Source of the DNA: Promethearchaeota archaeon
GTDB lineage: Archaea > Asgardarchaeota > Lokiarchaeia > Sigyniarchaeales > SOKP01
Assembly: GCA_016839585.1 (NCBI GenBank)
Contig: JAEOTZ010000016.1
Location: forward strand, 15,215-79,214
Length of the DNA: 64,000 bases
Direction of reading: 5' to 3'
Below are positions 20,053-29,671 of this stretch, piece after piece. The position numbers and the translations under genes were made by a program. Each line of letters starts with the position of its first letter. The first letter of the stretch is position 1. Below the pieces are notes generated by a model that ran no database searches, was not told where the DNA came from, and saw nothing but the letters and a program-made list of their open reading frames with translations.

Positions 20053-20280
20053 ATGGGAAATGTATTTAAACTAAAATGTGATGGATTGGTTTGTCCATTA
20101 CCAGTCGCAAAAACTAAAAGGAAATTATTGGAAATGGGCAGTGGAGACATTTTAGAAGTTTCAGGAGATTATGCAGAAGCAGGACAAAATATCAAAAATT
20201 ATATTGAGAAACATGGAGATAAGGTATTAGATTTTATTATCGATGGAGAAGACTTTTTGATAAAAATCCAAAAGTCATAG
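20053..20280 (+). CDS. tusA: TusA/SirA-family sulfurtransferase
   Basis: DGLVCPLP motif and GDILEV; ATG 20053 follows an AGGAG SD. Confidence 0.88.
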   Translation: MGNVFKLKCDGLVCPLPVAKTKRKLLEMGSGDILEVSGDYAEAGQNIKNYIEKHGDKVLDFIIDGEDFLIKIQKS

Positions 20281-20315
20281 ATGAAAAAATCTTTTTTTTC
20301 TTTTTAAAGTCTTTT

Positions 20316-20666
20316 TTATTTATTGAGGAAATTTCTATTAGGCATACAATATGGGTAGGTTCTAAAGAATTTTGCGAATATAACTTCTCTATCAACGCCG
20401 TTTTCAAGCATCCTCTTAAATCCTTTTATGTTATTTAAATTATTTGAATAAATCGATTGCATTTCTTCCGAATGAGTTTTTAGCATAGTCGTTAAATCTT
20501 TTTTAGAATCAAGCTCTTTTAATTTTTCAATTCCCGTTTCTAATTCATCTTTTAGTTCATCAAATTTTTTAATTAAAAATTTAAAATCTTTCTTACATCT
20601 TTCTACAATGGCAATTTGGTTTTGTTTAATTTTTGATTGTTCCAATCTAGAAAGTAATTTTGACAA
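20316..20666 (-). CDS. Hypothetical helical protein
   Basis: 116-aa ORF with a GAGGGTG SD upstream. Confidence 0.55.
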   Translation of the reverse strand: MSKLLSRLEQSKIKQNQIAIVERCKKDFKFLIKKFDELKDELETGIEKLKELDSKKDLTTMLKTHSEEMQSIYSNNLNNIKGFKRMLENGVDREVIFAKFFRTYPYCMPNRNFLNK

Positions 20667-20750
20667 ATCTATAACACCCTCTTTATTTTTTTTTTTTTTA
20701 TTTCTATATTCACTATTATTTATTATTAAAAGTAATGAAAATTTGGATAT

Positions 20751-21650
20751 TTATATTTTAGTAGTATTCTCAATAGCCTCAAATAACCAAATATTATTAT
20801 ACTTTTTTGCTAATTCCTCTGCTAAAATGGGGTCTAAAACGTTCATACAAGCAAAAATTTGAGTAGGGTTTAATGGATTTTGTAGTTTGATCAATACTCT
20901 ACTATTATCAAAAATATCATAATATGTTGGGATTCTTTTATATATGAATCTCATTTCAAAACCATCTATTACTGGAGATAATCCAAATAATTCATTTAAA
21001 ACTTCTATTAATTTATCGAATAGAGAATGATTTTTAATTTTTTGATCATTTGAGAGTGGCCTCTCATCATATTCAAAACTCCATAAATACCTTACTTGAA
21101 CACCTCGGTTTAATGCATTTACAATGCCTTTATAGAAATTTTTAGCAAAAGGAAGAACCTTAAGTGTATTATCATTTAAAAAACCAGTCATCAGTAAATT
21201 GTCCTTTAATGTATTAAATTTCTTAGTATATAATGATAACATGTTTTCTGCTCCAAAAGCAGTGGACCAAAAGACTTTTGATGATTCTCTTTTAATAAAA
21301 AAATTAGAATTATAAATTTTTGATTCTAATTCCTTTGCTTGATTGTAGAGAAATGAAATTCTTCTTTGATTTTCTTTCTCCATTTTGGATATTAAATTTT
21401 GGAATGCTTGGTTGACCGAGATTGCTCTGTATTTTTTTGGTCTCGAATCTTGGATTTCAATCATTCCATAATCATTTAAAACCTCTAAAACTTCATATAT
21501 CCTTCCAGTTGGGACTCTTGATCGTTCGCTTAATTCCCGTGCATTTAATTCATTTGATTGTAATAATACTAAATAGACGTTTATTTCATAATTGGAGAGA
21601 TGCAAGTTTTTTAAGAATTCTTTCAACTCATCTTTTATAATATTTGACAT
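20751..21650 (-). CDS. TrmB-family transcriptional regulator
   Basis: LSNYEINVY...ARELSERSRVPTGRIYEVL..L...G..RPKKY. Confidence 0.9.
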   Translation of the reverse strand: MSNIIKDELKEFLKNLHLSNYEINVYLVLLQSNELNARELSERSRVPTGRIYEVLEVLNDYGMIEIQDSRPKKYRAISVNQAFQNLISKMEKENQRRISFLYNQAKELESKIYNSNFFIKRESSKVFWSTAFGAENMLSLYTKKFNTLKDNLLMTGFLNDNTLKVLPFAKNFYKGIVNALNRGVQVRYLWSFEYDERPLSNDQKIKNHSLFDKLIEVLNELFGLSPVIDGFEMRFIYKRIPTYYDIFDNSRVLIKLQNPLNPTQIFACMNVLDPILAEELAKKYNNIWLFEAIENTTKI

Positions 21651-21741
21651 TTAGATCATTCTAGAAATTTCAACTAAAAAAGTGTTGTTTTATGTTTTAT
21701 AGTTCTTTATTTTATTTTAATTATTTTCACATTTTATATTT

Positions 21742-21758
21742 CAACTTGAAAAAAGTTG
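21742..21758. promoter_or_regulatory. Candidate TrmB operator (CAACTT-N5-AAGTTG) just downstream of a TTTTATA box
   Basis: Inverted repeat in the divergent promoter; a related copy ATTTCAACTAAAAAAGTG starts at 21667. Confidence 0.4.
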
Positions 21759-21804
21759 TTAAGGATCGAAAAATAATTTAAATCGTGCATGTATCCTATA
21801 AACT

Positions 21805-22299
21805 GTGAAAAAAATAGAATTAAAAGAATTATTGATTAAATGTTGGATGACTCATGATGGTATGTGGTTTTTTCACTGCCTACAAGAGTGTGGTATTGAG
21901 AAGACAAATAAAATAAATAAAGCGGCAATAAAATCAATGGCTAAAATAGAGATAAAAAGAATTCAACACATATTTGGTATTGATGAAATTAATAAATTTG
22001 GAGAACTTCAAAATATTATAAAAAATGCTTTAGAAGTGTTCAAAGCTGATTTTATGGAATTTAATCATTCTTTTCCAAGTAAAAATCATATGCATTGTGA
22101 AATACATAAATGTTGGGCTTATGATGGTATTAAACGTCTTGGAGTTATTGATGAATACAAATGTGGAATTTTCGATAGAATTGATAGCTGGTTAGATAAT
22201 CTAGGGATAAAATATGATGTAAATCCCAAAATAGAGAATTGCTTAATGAACATTAATGGGAGATGTTATAGAGATTACACTTTTTACTTCAATGAATGA
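21805..22299 (+). CDS. DUF6125-like (V4R/ATC-hydrolase-like fold) protein
   Basis: WMTHDGMWF, C..C...C pattern, CYRDY. Confidence 0.65.
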   Translation: MKKIELKELLIKCWMTHDGMWFFHCLQECGIEKTNKINKAAIKSMAKIEIKRIQHIFGIDEINKFGELQNIIKNALEVFKADFMEFNHSFPSKNHMHCEIHKCWAYDGIKRLGVIDEYKCGIFDRIDSWLDNLGIKYDVNPKIENCLMNINGRCYRDYTFYFNE

Positions 22300-22342
22300 T
22301 TAAATAAATATTTAAAGATATAAGAATTGAGATGATGAAATT

Positions 22343-22858
22343 ATGGAATTATTATTAAAAGAAAAGTATAAAATCCCCTTAGAGACTCAGAAATTTATAT
22401 TGCAAATGTGCTGGGCTCAACATGATGGACAATGGTTCTTAAAATCAAAAAAAGAGTACGGTATTGAAGCAGCAAATCAATTGAACCAAAAAGTAGTATT
22501 TTCTATGGGAAAAATAGAAGCAAAGCATATTTTAAATGCTTTAGGTATCAAAAAAGGAACAATTAAATCAATTTCTGAACTCTTTAAACTCATAAATACT
22601 TTCATGGATGTAATCATTCCCAAAATAATGAAATTCAAGTTTATTGTTCATTCTAAAAATGAAGGTGTAGCTATTGTTAACAAATGTTTTATTTGGAAAG
22701 AAGTAGAAAAATCTAAAGAAGCTTCAGAATATAAATGCGCATGCAACTTTAGACATAGGAGTTGGCTCGAAGCAATGGGGGTTAATGGTGAAATTATTCC
22801 CTTAAAACGCAAATCAAACGGAGATAATATGTGTAAATTCAAATTTATATTGACGTAG
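22343..22858 (+). CDS. DUF6125-like protein, tandem paralog
   Basis: WAQHDGQWF, the same Cys pattern, CKFKF. Confidence 0.65.
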   Translation: MELLLKEKYKIPLETQKFILQMCWAQHDGQWFLKSKKEYGIEAANQLNQKVVFSMGKIEAKHILNALGIKKGTIKSISELFKLINTFMDVIIPKIMKFKFIVHSKNEGVAIVNKCFIWKEVEKSKEASEYKCACNFRHRSWLEAMGVNGEIIPLKRKSNGDNMCKFKFILT

Positions 22859-22891
22859 AGTATTGATATACAGAATTAACTATTATTATTT

Positions 22892-23602
22892 TTAGCAATT
22901 GCATATAAAATTCTTTATTATCTCCTCACCTATAGTCTTAGTCTTATTAACTATAGCCTTATCATAGACTTTAGCAAAATTTTTATTACTATAATGAGTT
23001 TCTGGGTGGAATTGGACTGAAAAAACGGGTTTTTTAAGATGACGCATGTATTGTACAGTTTTATAACCATCTATCTCTTTTGTTGCTATTATTTGGAAAG
23101 TACTTCGAATATGAGGGTCGTCTGGTAATAAATAATCACGATGATGTATGTTTACTGGGATTTCATCATAAGGTATCAATTCATCAGATTTATTTAACGA
23201 TATCGAAATAATCTGACTCCCACTCTTTAATATATTCATTCTTTGGATTTTCCCATTAAAAGCATATGCTATTAAGTGAAATCCATAACAAATTGCTAAG
23301 ATTGGCTTTTGATTCTTTTTTCGAATTAACTGTATTTCAGGTTTGAATTTTTTTCTTAAATTTTTATCATTATAGAATTCTGATACATTAAAGTTAGAAC
23401 CTGATAAAATGTAACCATTAATATCTTTCAGATGTTTTATATCTAATTGAGAATAATGAAGAGTTTTTAAATTGATACTTGGAAAATTTTGTTTGTTAAT
23501 ATCTTTAATTCTTTCAATACGTTCAGTTGGAAAGTTAAGTTGATAATTGTCTATGAGACATATAACCTTCTCATTTTTTAACGTTTTCTTTTCTTCATTC
23601 AT
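22892..23602 (-). CDS. Class I glutamine amidotransferase-like protein
   Basis: ILSGS, AICYGFH nucleophile elbow, QFHPE. Confidence 0.85.
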   Translation of the reverse strand: MNEEKKTLKNEKVICLIDNYQLNFPTERIERIKDINKQNFPSINLKTLHYSQLDIKHLKDINGYILSGSNFNVSEFYNDKNLRKKFKPEIQLIRKKNQKPILAICYGFHLIAYAFNGKIQRMNILKSGSQIISISLNKSDELIPYDEIPVNIHHRDYLLPDDPHIRSTFQIIATKEIDGYKTVQYMRHLKKPVFSVQFHPETHYSNKNFAKVYDKAIVNKTKTIGEEIIKNFICNC

Positions 23603-23619
23603 TATATCAACAACGTCTT

Positions 23620-24015
23620 TTATTTAAGATATGAATTAATAAGAGATGGGGAGGGGCAATATACAAAAGCAAGAAGACTCTCCCCTTCTAATGTTTCCAC
23701 ATTTACTAAGAGCCTATGGTATAAAGATCCTTCACCTTCGATTATATCAATCTCTTGAAATAATGAATTATCTAAGCCAAAATAAACTTCACCTTTTACT
23801 TTAGACTCTTTGTCCTGTATAATAATTGGAAATCCTAGATGTGAAAAGGAAATTTTTCGGTATCCAGATAAGCTAGCTTTTTGGAATGTTAATCCCTTAA
23901 GTATATAATTACGACTCTGTCCATGTTGTAAGGTTCCATAAACAAAAAGGTTATTACATTCTTGACTGTTATTTGTTTGTTCTTCACTGTGATTATTTCT
24001 GTAGGTGAAGTTCAT
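23620..24015 (-). CDS. Gamma-glutamylcyclotransferase (AIG2-like)
   Basis: LFVYGTL, VKGEVY, IDIIEG..Y.R. Confidence 0.88.
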   Translation of the reverse strand: MNFTYRNNHSEEQTNNSQECNNLFVYGTLQHGQSRNYILKGLTFQKASLSGYRKISFSHLGFPIIIQDKESKVKGEVYFGLDNSLFQEIDIIEGEGSLYHRLLVNVETLEGESLLAFVYCPSPSLINSYLK

Positions 24016-24180
24016 TTTATTCCCATACGTTTTAGTATTTCTAATCCATCAATATTTAAGAATTGACTTGCTTTATCTTTTAAATGTTTTTAAAATAATT
24101 ATTATTTTATATTAGAATGAAAATAAAGAAATATTAAGAGAAAATTTCAAATTAAAGTTAAAAAAAATAAAAAAATAAGT

Positions 24181-25326
24181 CTAATGTTTTAAATTCGCAG
24201 AAACCCAGTCGTAATAACCTTTATCATCCAATTCTTTTGGAACTGCTTCAAAGAATTGATTTGTTATATCTTTTAAATGTTTTGCGGCGACAGGGTGAAA
24301 CATCATAGCTAGATCAAGTCCTACAAGTGTCAAGCTTAAAGCATTAAGAATCTCCCAAATAGGGCCTCTATATTGTCTTAAACCCCATCCTGGTGCTGTT
24401 TTTTCACTCATCCATGCTTCCCTAGCACCCCACGCGTTAGTTGTTCCACCACTTATGGGATACGCTAAGTCAGTTTCACCAAGCAGTCCTGCGATACGCA
24501 TTCTTTGATAAATGCTGAAAGAGTATTCTAGGCCATATCCTAAAGTTGCGCATGTTGGATCCATTACTATTCGGTTAGGAGGGAGTCCAAGTTCAAGAGC
24601 ATCCTTGTTCATCTTGATCTGATTGTTTAAATCCAAGCTAGTCCACAATAAACAATTATGATCATATTTCACGGCTAGAGGGATAACATCCTCCCAAGTT
24701 GCCTTATCTGCTGCCGAAAGCATTAATACTTCGCTTTCTGAAATTTCAGCAAGTACTTGAAACATCTCAACATCCTTTTTCTTGTTTCCAGAACATCCAA
24801 TAATAACTGGTACATCAACTGCCTGGAGAATTTCTTCAAAAAGCTTTTTAGATTTTGATACTGGCCAATCTAATGTTCCTGGATCAATCCCTAGAGAGTG
24901 AAATGTAACACATTCGGCGCCGAATTTATCAACTGCAAATTTTGCCCAAGCAGCAGGATCTCCAAGAACATCTTTATATTCCAGTTTAATAGGTTTTGGT
25001 AAAATCATTTCAGCACCCATATCGAAGACATCATAGGTTACTAATGGTGGATTAGGATTTCTTTTATCAACTCCTAAGAAGTTATAAAAAGGAGGGACAA
25101 CCTCACCGCCAATAACAGCTTTTTTCCCATTAGAGCGTATAAATTCGACAGTTTCGATTTTTCCTGGAAAATCTACATCCAGTGAGAATTTAGTTGGAGT
25201 CCATTCTGCAATTCCCGGTAAAACTGCTTGAGCTGCTCCAGCAACCATACCTGGTAAGACCTGAAATTCTAAGTATTCAGCAAACAAATCAACATCTACA
25301 AGTTCCATAGATTCAGTATCTTTCAT
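24181..25326 (-). CDS. cdhD: CO dehydrogenase/acetyl-CoA synthase delta subunit (small corrinoid/FeS protein subunit); may start at ATT 25365
   Basis: IVMDPT..LGYGLEYS, R..GL.G, NAWGAREAW, MMFHP. Confidence 0.9.
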   Translation of the reverse strand: MKDTESMELVDVDLFAEYLEFQVLPGMVAGAAQAVLPGIAEWTPTKFSLDVDFPGKIETVEFIRSNGKKAVIGGEVVPPFYNFLGVDKRNPNPPLVTYDVFDMGAEMILPKPIKLEYKDVLGDPAAWAKFAVDKFGAECVTFHSLGIDPGTLDWPVSKSKKLFEEILQAVDVPVIIGCSGNKKKDVEMFQVLAEISESEVLMLSAADKATWEDVIPLAVKYDHNCLLWTSLDLNNQIKMNKDALELGLPPNRIVMDPTCATLGYGLEYSFSIYQRMRIAGLLGETDLAYPISGGTTNAWGAREAWMSEKTAPGWGLRQYRGPIWEILNALSLTLVGLDLAMMFHPVAAKHLKDITNQFFEAVPKELDDKGYYDWVSANLKH

Positions 25327-25631
25327 TAATTCTGCTAATTTTTTACTAAGTTCTTCGAAAGAAATTTTACATCACGATGATTAATTTTTTGATATTTTGA
25401 TAGATATGAAATTATTAAATAGAATATAAAATTGACTGTTAGAAATCGATCAGTTTACAACGATTTTACTCATTTCTAGCTAAATTGAAAATTTTAGAAG
25501 TGATAAATTTATGAAAATGAAAATCCTTTAAATATGGTTCATGTCGGATTTAGTTTATTTAAAATCTTTTATAATTTCGGCTTTTAAATAAAGTGCACTT
25601 AATAAAAAAAGAGTAGATATGAAATTGTAAC

Positions 25632-26147
25632 TTATTTAATTCTCTTCATTTTTCTCTTATATAACACAATAATTAATCCTAAGGCAAAAATTAATGAGAA
25701 AATAAAAATTGGTAGCTGATATCCAGGAATTTGGGGAAGATAATACCGTGTTAAATCTTGTGTACAAATTAATGTAAAAGTATCAGGTCCTCCACTGATT
25801 AAAATAATTTCAATATAATAAATTTTTTCTACTGGAGCTGTATAATTAATATAAGGATTATCATCCAGATTATAAGCTACACTGTCGTTAAAAATTTTAA
25901 TATTAAGAGTATTATCATTTCTTACATAGGAATTAGTTGGTCTTTTATTAAATAGAAAAAGAGTGAAATTTCCACTTCCTACATGGGTTACATTTAGCTC
26001 AATATTTTCATCTACATCTAAATCGACTAAAAAGAAAACATAATTACCATTTTTTACATTATCTACGTATGTGAACGCCAATATATTAGTAATTGGAAAT
26101 GATAATAGAAAAATTGAGCCTAGTAGAAATAATTTTTTATAATTCAT
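25632..26147 (-). CDS. Secreted/surface protein with Loki-CTERM-like sorting tail
   Basis: N-terminal signal peptide; C-terminal IPGY, TM helix and KRKMKRIK. Confidence 0.7.
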   Translation of the reverse strand: MNYKKLFLLGSIFLLSFPITNILAFTYVDNVKNGNYVFFLVDLDVDENIELNVTHVGSGNFTLFLFNKRPTNSYVRNDNTLNIKIFNDSVAYNLDDNPYINYTAPVEKIYYIEIILISGGPDTFTLICTQDLTRYYLPQIPGYQLPIFIFSLIFALGLIIVLYKRKMKRIK

Positions 26148-26329
26148 ACACGGATATACCTTTCTTTTATTGAAATAGATATTAAATATAACATTTTATA
26201 ATTATTTATTTTTTATAATCTTATTTTAAAAAGAATTAAAGTCCAATTTATACAAATTAAATTTAGAAATTTTTTTCAATTATCGTTATATTTTAAAATT
26301 AGTAGTTAGAAGAATTAGTTGAATTAATC

Positions 26330-27211
26330 ATGGAAAATTATTTTCTGGAAAATTTAGATTTTGAGAAATATCATGGATTAGGAAATGATTATATTCTTTT
26401 GAATGATATTAAATGGAATATTCCTGAGAAAAAGAAATCAGAATTAGCGATTAAATTATGTAAAACTCATTTTTCAATTGGTGCAGATGGTCTTATTTTT
26501 GTACGTAATTCCGAAAATGCAGATATTAGAATGCGTATTTTCAATAATAATGGATTAGAAGCAGAGATGTGTGGAAATGGAATTAGATGTTTTTCAAAAT
26601 ACATTTATGAGAATAATATTGTAAGAAAAGATCAGATTAATATTGAAACTCTTAAGGGGCTAATTAGGGCTGAGCTTAATGTTGTAAACAATAAAGTAAA
26701 AAGTATACAAATTGATATGGGTTCTCCCATTTTAGAATGTGAAAAAATTCCTGTTATTTCGGATGATAATATTGATAAATGTATTAATGAGCCAATAGTG
26801 ATTTTGGATAAAATTTTTAACTTCACAGCAGTTTCAATGGGGAATCCTCATGCGATTATATTTGTAAATGAACAATTAGATGATGATAAATTAAATAAGT
26901 ATGGAGCAGCAATAGAATCCCATGAACGTTTTCCAAATAAGGTAAATGTCGAGTTTGTTAAAGTCTTATCTAAACATGAAGCAATTTTAAGGGTATTTGA
27001 AAGAGGAGTAGGGATAACGAATTCATGTGGAACAGGAACATGCGCAGCTGTAGTAGCAGGATCTATTCTAGGGCTTTTTGATAAAAATAGTCCGATAATT
27101 GTTCATAATGATGGAGGAGATTTAATAATAACTTATGATGGGAAAAAAGTATTCATGGAAGGCCCTATTGAAAAGGTTTTCAAAGGTGTAATTGAAAAAA
27201 TTGAATTATAA
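26330..27211 (+). CDS. dapF: Diaminopimelate epimerase
   Basis: KYHGLGND, EMCGNGIRC, MGNPH, ERGVG.T.SCGTG. Confidence 0.95.
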   Translation: MENYFLENLDFEKYHGLGNDYILLNDIKWNIPEKKKSELAIKLCKTHFSIGADGLIFVRNSENADIRMRIFNNNGLEAEMCGNGIRCFSKYIYENNIVRKDQINIETLKGLIRAELNVVNNKVKSIQIDMGSPILECEKIPVISDDNIDKCINEPIVILDKIFNFTAVSMGNPHAIIFVNEQLDDDKLNKYGAAIESHERFPNKVNVEFVKVLSKHEAILRVFERGVGITNSCGTGTCAAVVAGSILGLFDKNSPIIVHNDGGDLIITYDGKKVFMEGPIEKVFKGVIEKIEL

Positions 27212-27273
27212 GTATTATTTAACACTTGTAAGAATTAGTTTAAATTGTATTAGAATTCTGAGGTATTGAAAAA

Positions 27274-28587
27274 ATGGAGTATACAGAATGGTTAAAATAC
27301 AAGGATTTAGAATATCGAGATGGAATATTATATTTTGAGAATGTAAACACATTAGATTTAGCCAAAAAATATGGAACTCCTTGTTATATTATTAATGAAA
27401 ATATGATTCGAAAACGATATAATGAATTAAAAAATATTATTGATTCTGAATACATAAAAAATGATATACACTTTGCTGTGAAGGCAAATTCAAATATATC
27501 TATTCTAAAAATCCTTGATTCTGAGGGATCACATTTCGATTGTACGTCAAGAGGAGAAATTTACACATGTCTTAAAGCAGGGATATTCCCAGAGAAAATC
27601 ATTTATACAGGAAACATGTTTACCAATGAAGACTTCGAATTTGCTATTATAAATGGTGTTGTTGTTAATTTAGATAGTCTTAGTCAACTAGAAAGGTTAG
27701 AAAGAGCATATAATAAATTAAAAAAAGAAAAAAAACCAGTATCTTTTAGAATAAATCCTGAATTTGGAGCCGGACATCATATTCATGATATTACTGCTGG
27801 AAAAGATATTAAGTTTGGAATCTTAGAAGATCAAGTTATTGAAGCATATAAGAAAGCGAGGGAATTGGGCTTTAGGGATTTTGGTATTCACCAACATATT
27901 GGGTCTGGGATAAATAATCCTTATGATTTTGAAAGAGCTACTAAGAAATTTCTATCAATTATCAAAAAAATTATTGACTCACTCCATATTAAGTTTAAAT
28001 TTATAGATTTTGGCGGAGGTTTGGGAATTCCTTATCATCCAGAAGAAGACCCTTTAGATTTAGATCTTTACAAAGAAATAGTTATTAAACCATTTAAAGA
28101 ATTAGTTAACACTGAAGATATTGGAGAGCCTATATTTAAAATTGAACCAGGAAGATATTTATCTGCTGAATCAAGCATTATTTTAACTCAAATAAACACA
28201 ATAAAAGATAATGGATATAAATTATTTGCAGGGATAAATGCTGGATTTAACACTTTGATAAGACCGACGATGTATAATTCCTATCACCATATAATCGTTT
28301 GCAACAAAAAAGAAAAAGTTAGAAAATTAAAGTATGATATCGCAGGACCTATATGTGAATCTGGAGATATTCTAGGAAAAGAAAGAGATTTACAAGAGTT
28401 AAAGGAACAAGATTATCTTGCTATTCTTGATACAGGTGCTTATGGTTTTACGATGAGTAGTACATATAATTCAAGACCCCGACCTGCTGAAATTTTAATT
28501 AAAAATGGACGATCATTCAAAATTCGAGAAGCAGAATCTTACGATAATTTATTAAAACTTCAAATAATTCCTGATCATCTCAAGTAA
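27274..28587 (+). CDS. lysA: Diaminopimelate decarboxylase
   Basis: FAVKAN (PLP lysine), HIGSG, DFGGG, EPGRY, GPICESGD. Confidence 0.95.
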   Translation: MEYTEWLKYKDLEYRDGILYFENVNTLDLAKKYGTPCYIINENMIRKRYNELKNIIDSEYIKNDIHFAVKANSNISILKILDSEGSHFDCTSRGEIYTCLKAGIFPEKIIYTGNMFTNEDFEFAIINGVVVNLDSLSQLERLERAYNKLKKEKKPVSFRINPEFGAGHHIHDITAGKDIKFGILEDQVIEAYKKARELGFRDFGIHQHIGSGINNPYDFERATKKFLSIIKKIIDSLHIKFKFIDFGGGLGIPYHPEEDPLDLDLYKEIVIKPFKELVNTEDIGEPIFKIEPGRYLSAESSIILTQINTIKDNGYKLFAGINAGFNTLIRPTMYNSYHHIIVCNKKEKVRKLKYDIAGPICESGDILGKERDLQELKEQDYLAILDTGAYGFTMSSTYNSRPRPAEILIKNGRSFKIREAESYDNLLKLQIIPDHLK

Positions 28588-28704
28588 AATATTCATTTAT
28601 GTTTCTTAGATAAAAAAAAATAAAAATATTACTGATTTTTATTATTACGAGATAAAATTATAAAAGTGAGAATATTTAAGGCTTGGATACCCTTTATATA
28701 TTCT

Positions 28705-28770
28705 TAATGAAGAGTTGGCATTATGAAATCTATATTATTGGGTTAATGATAATACTGATCTGCTCTGATA
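28705..28770 (+). ncRNA. Candidate box C/D guide sRNA
   Basis: C box ATGAAGA 28707-13, D' ATGA 28723-26, C' ATGATAA 28746-52, D CTGA 28765-68. Guides are complementary to conserved archaeal 16S helix-34 sequences. It lies between convergent genes and has a T-rich 3' flank. Confidence 0.65.
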
Positions 28771-28831
28771 TATTTTTATAATTTTATCTCATTTTCTAAA
28801 ATGAACTTCACTATGTGAAAATACTTTAGAA

Positions 28832-29653
28832 TCATAAACCCAAAACTTCAGCTGTGCTATAAATCTTACTTTCTTTTGCTTTAACAATGAATTTAATTGC
28901 ATTAATTGCACCTGTAGCAAAACAAAGCCTACTATGAGCCTGATGTTTTAATTCAATTCTTTCTCCAGACCCTCCAAATAGTACAATATGATCACCAACA
29001 ATATCACCTGCCCTAATTGAATGAATCCCAATTTCATTTTTTGCCCCTAGTAACCGCTTATTAGGTCCCTTATTACGTCCAAATTTAGCTATAGCTGAAA
29101 AATCAGAACCTAAAGTATTACTAATAAGTTGTCCAGTTTTCAGAGCAGTTCCACTTGGGGCATCAATTTTTCTATGATGATGTGCTTCAATTATTTCAAT
29201 ATCCCATTCTGATAGATAGTTAGCTAATACTGAAGCCATTTTAAAGAAAATATTCACACCAGTTGCCATGTTTGGCGAAATTACAGCAGGCGCATTATGT
29301 TCTTTAACTAATTTTTCGAATTTATTGAGAAAATCTTGAGATAATGCTGTTGTTCCAATAATACATCGAATACTATTCTTCACACAAGTTTCACTATTTT
29401 TTTCTGTTGCTTTTGCAACTGTAAAATCAACCGCTACATCAGGATTCGTTTTTTCGATAACATTTTGAAGGTTATTTACATTATTAATTTTTACTTTATT
29501 TGGATCTTTTGTGGCTACATAAGCTCCTAACTCTTCTCCAATATTGCTTACATCGCAAGCAGCCACTACTTCAATATCACCATCATTTAAGGCTAATTTA
29601 CTTATAATTTTTCCCATTGCCCCCGTTGGACCTAAAATTAATAACTTAATCAA
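28832..29653 (-). CDS. dapB: 4-hydroxy-tetrahydrodipicolinate reductase
   Basis: GPTGAMG, DFT, EAHHHRKIDAPSGTA, RAGDIVGDH. Confidence 0.95.
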   Translation of the reverse strand: MIKLLILGPTGAMGKIISKLALNDGDIEVVAACDVSNIGEELGAYVATKDPNKVKINNVNNLQNVIEKTNPDVAVDFTVAKATEKNSETCVKNSIRCIIGTTALSQDFLNKFEKLVKEHNAPAVISPNMATGVNIFFKMASVLANYLSEWDIEIIEAHHHRKIDAPSGTALKTGQLISNTLGSDFSAIAKFGRNKGPNKRLLGAKNEIGIHSIRAGDIVGDHIVLFGGSGERIELKHQAHSRLCFATGAINAIKFIVKAKESKIYSTAEVLGL

Positions 29654-29671
29654 AAAATCCCCTCATAGATA

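Noticed and set aside
28705-28770. SECIS element (ATGA...GA hairpin in a 3' region)
   Set aside because: Neither flanking gene (lysA, dapB) has an in-frame TGA. The four-box layout and rRNA-complementary guides fit a C/D sRNA better.
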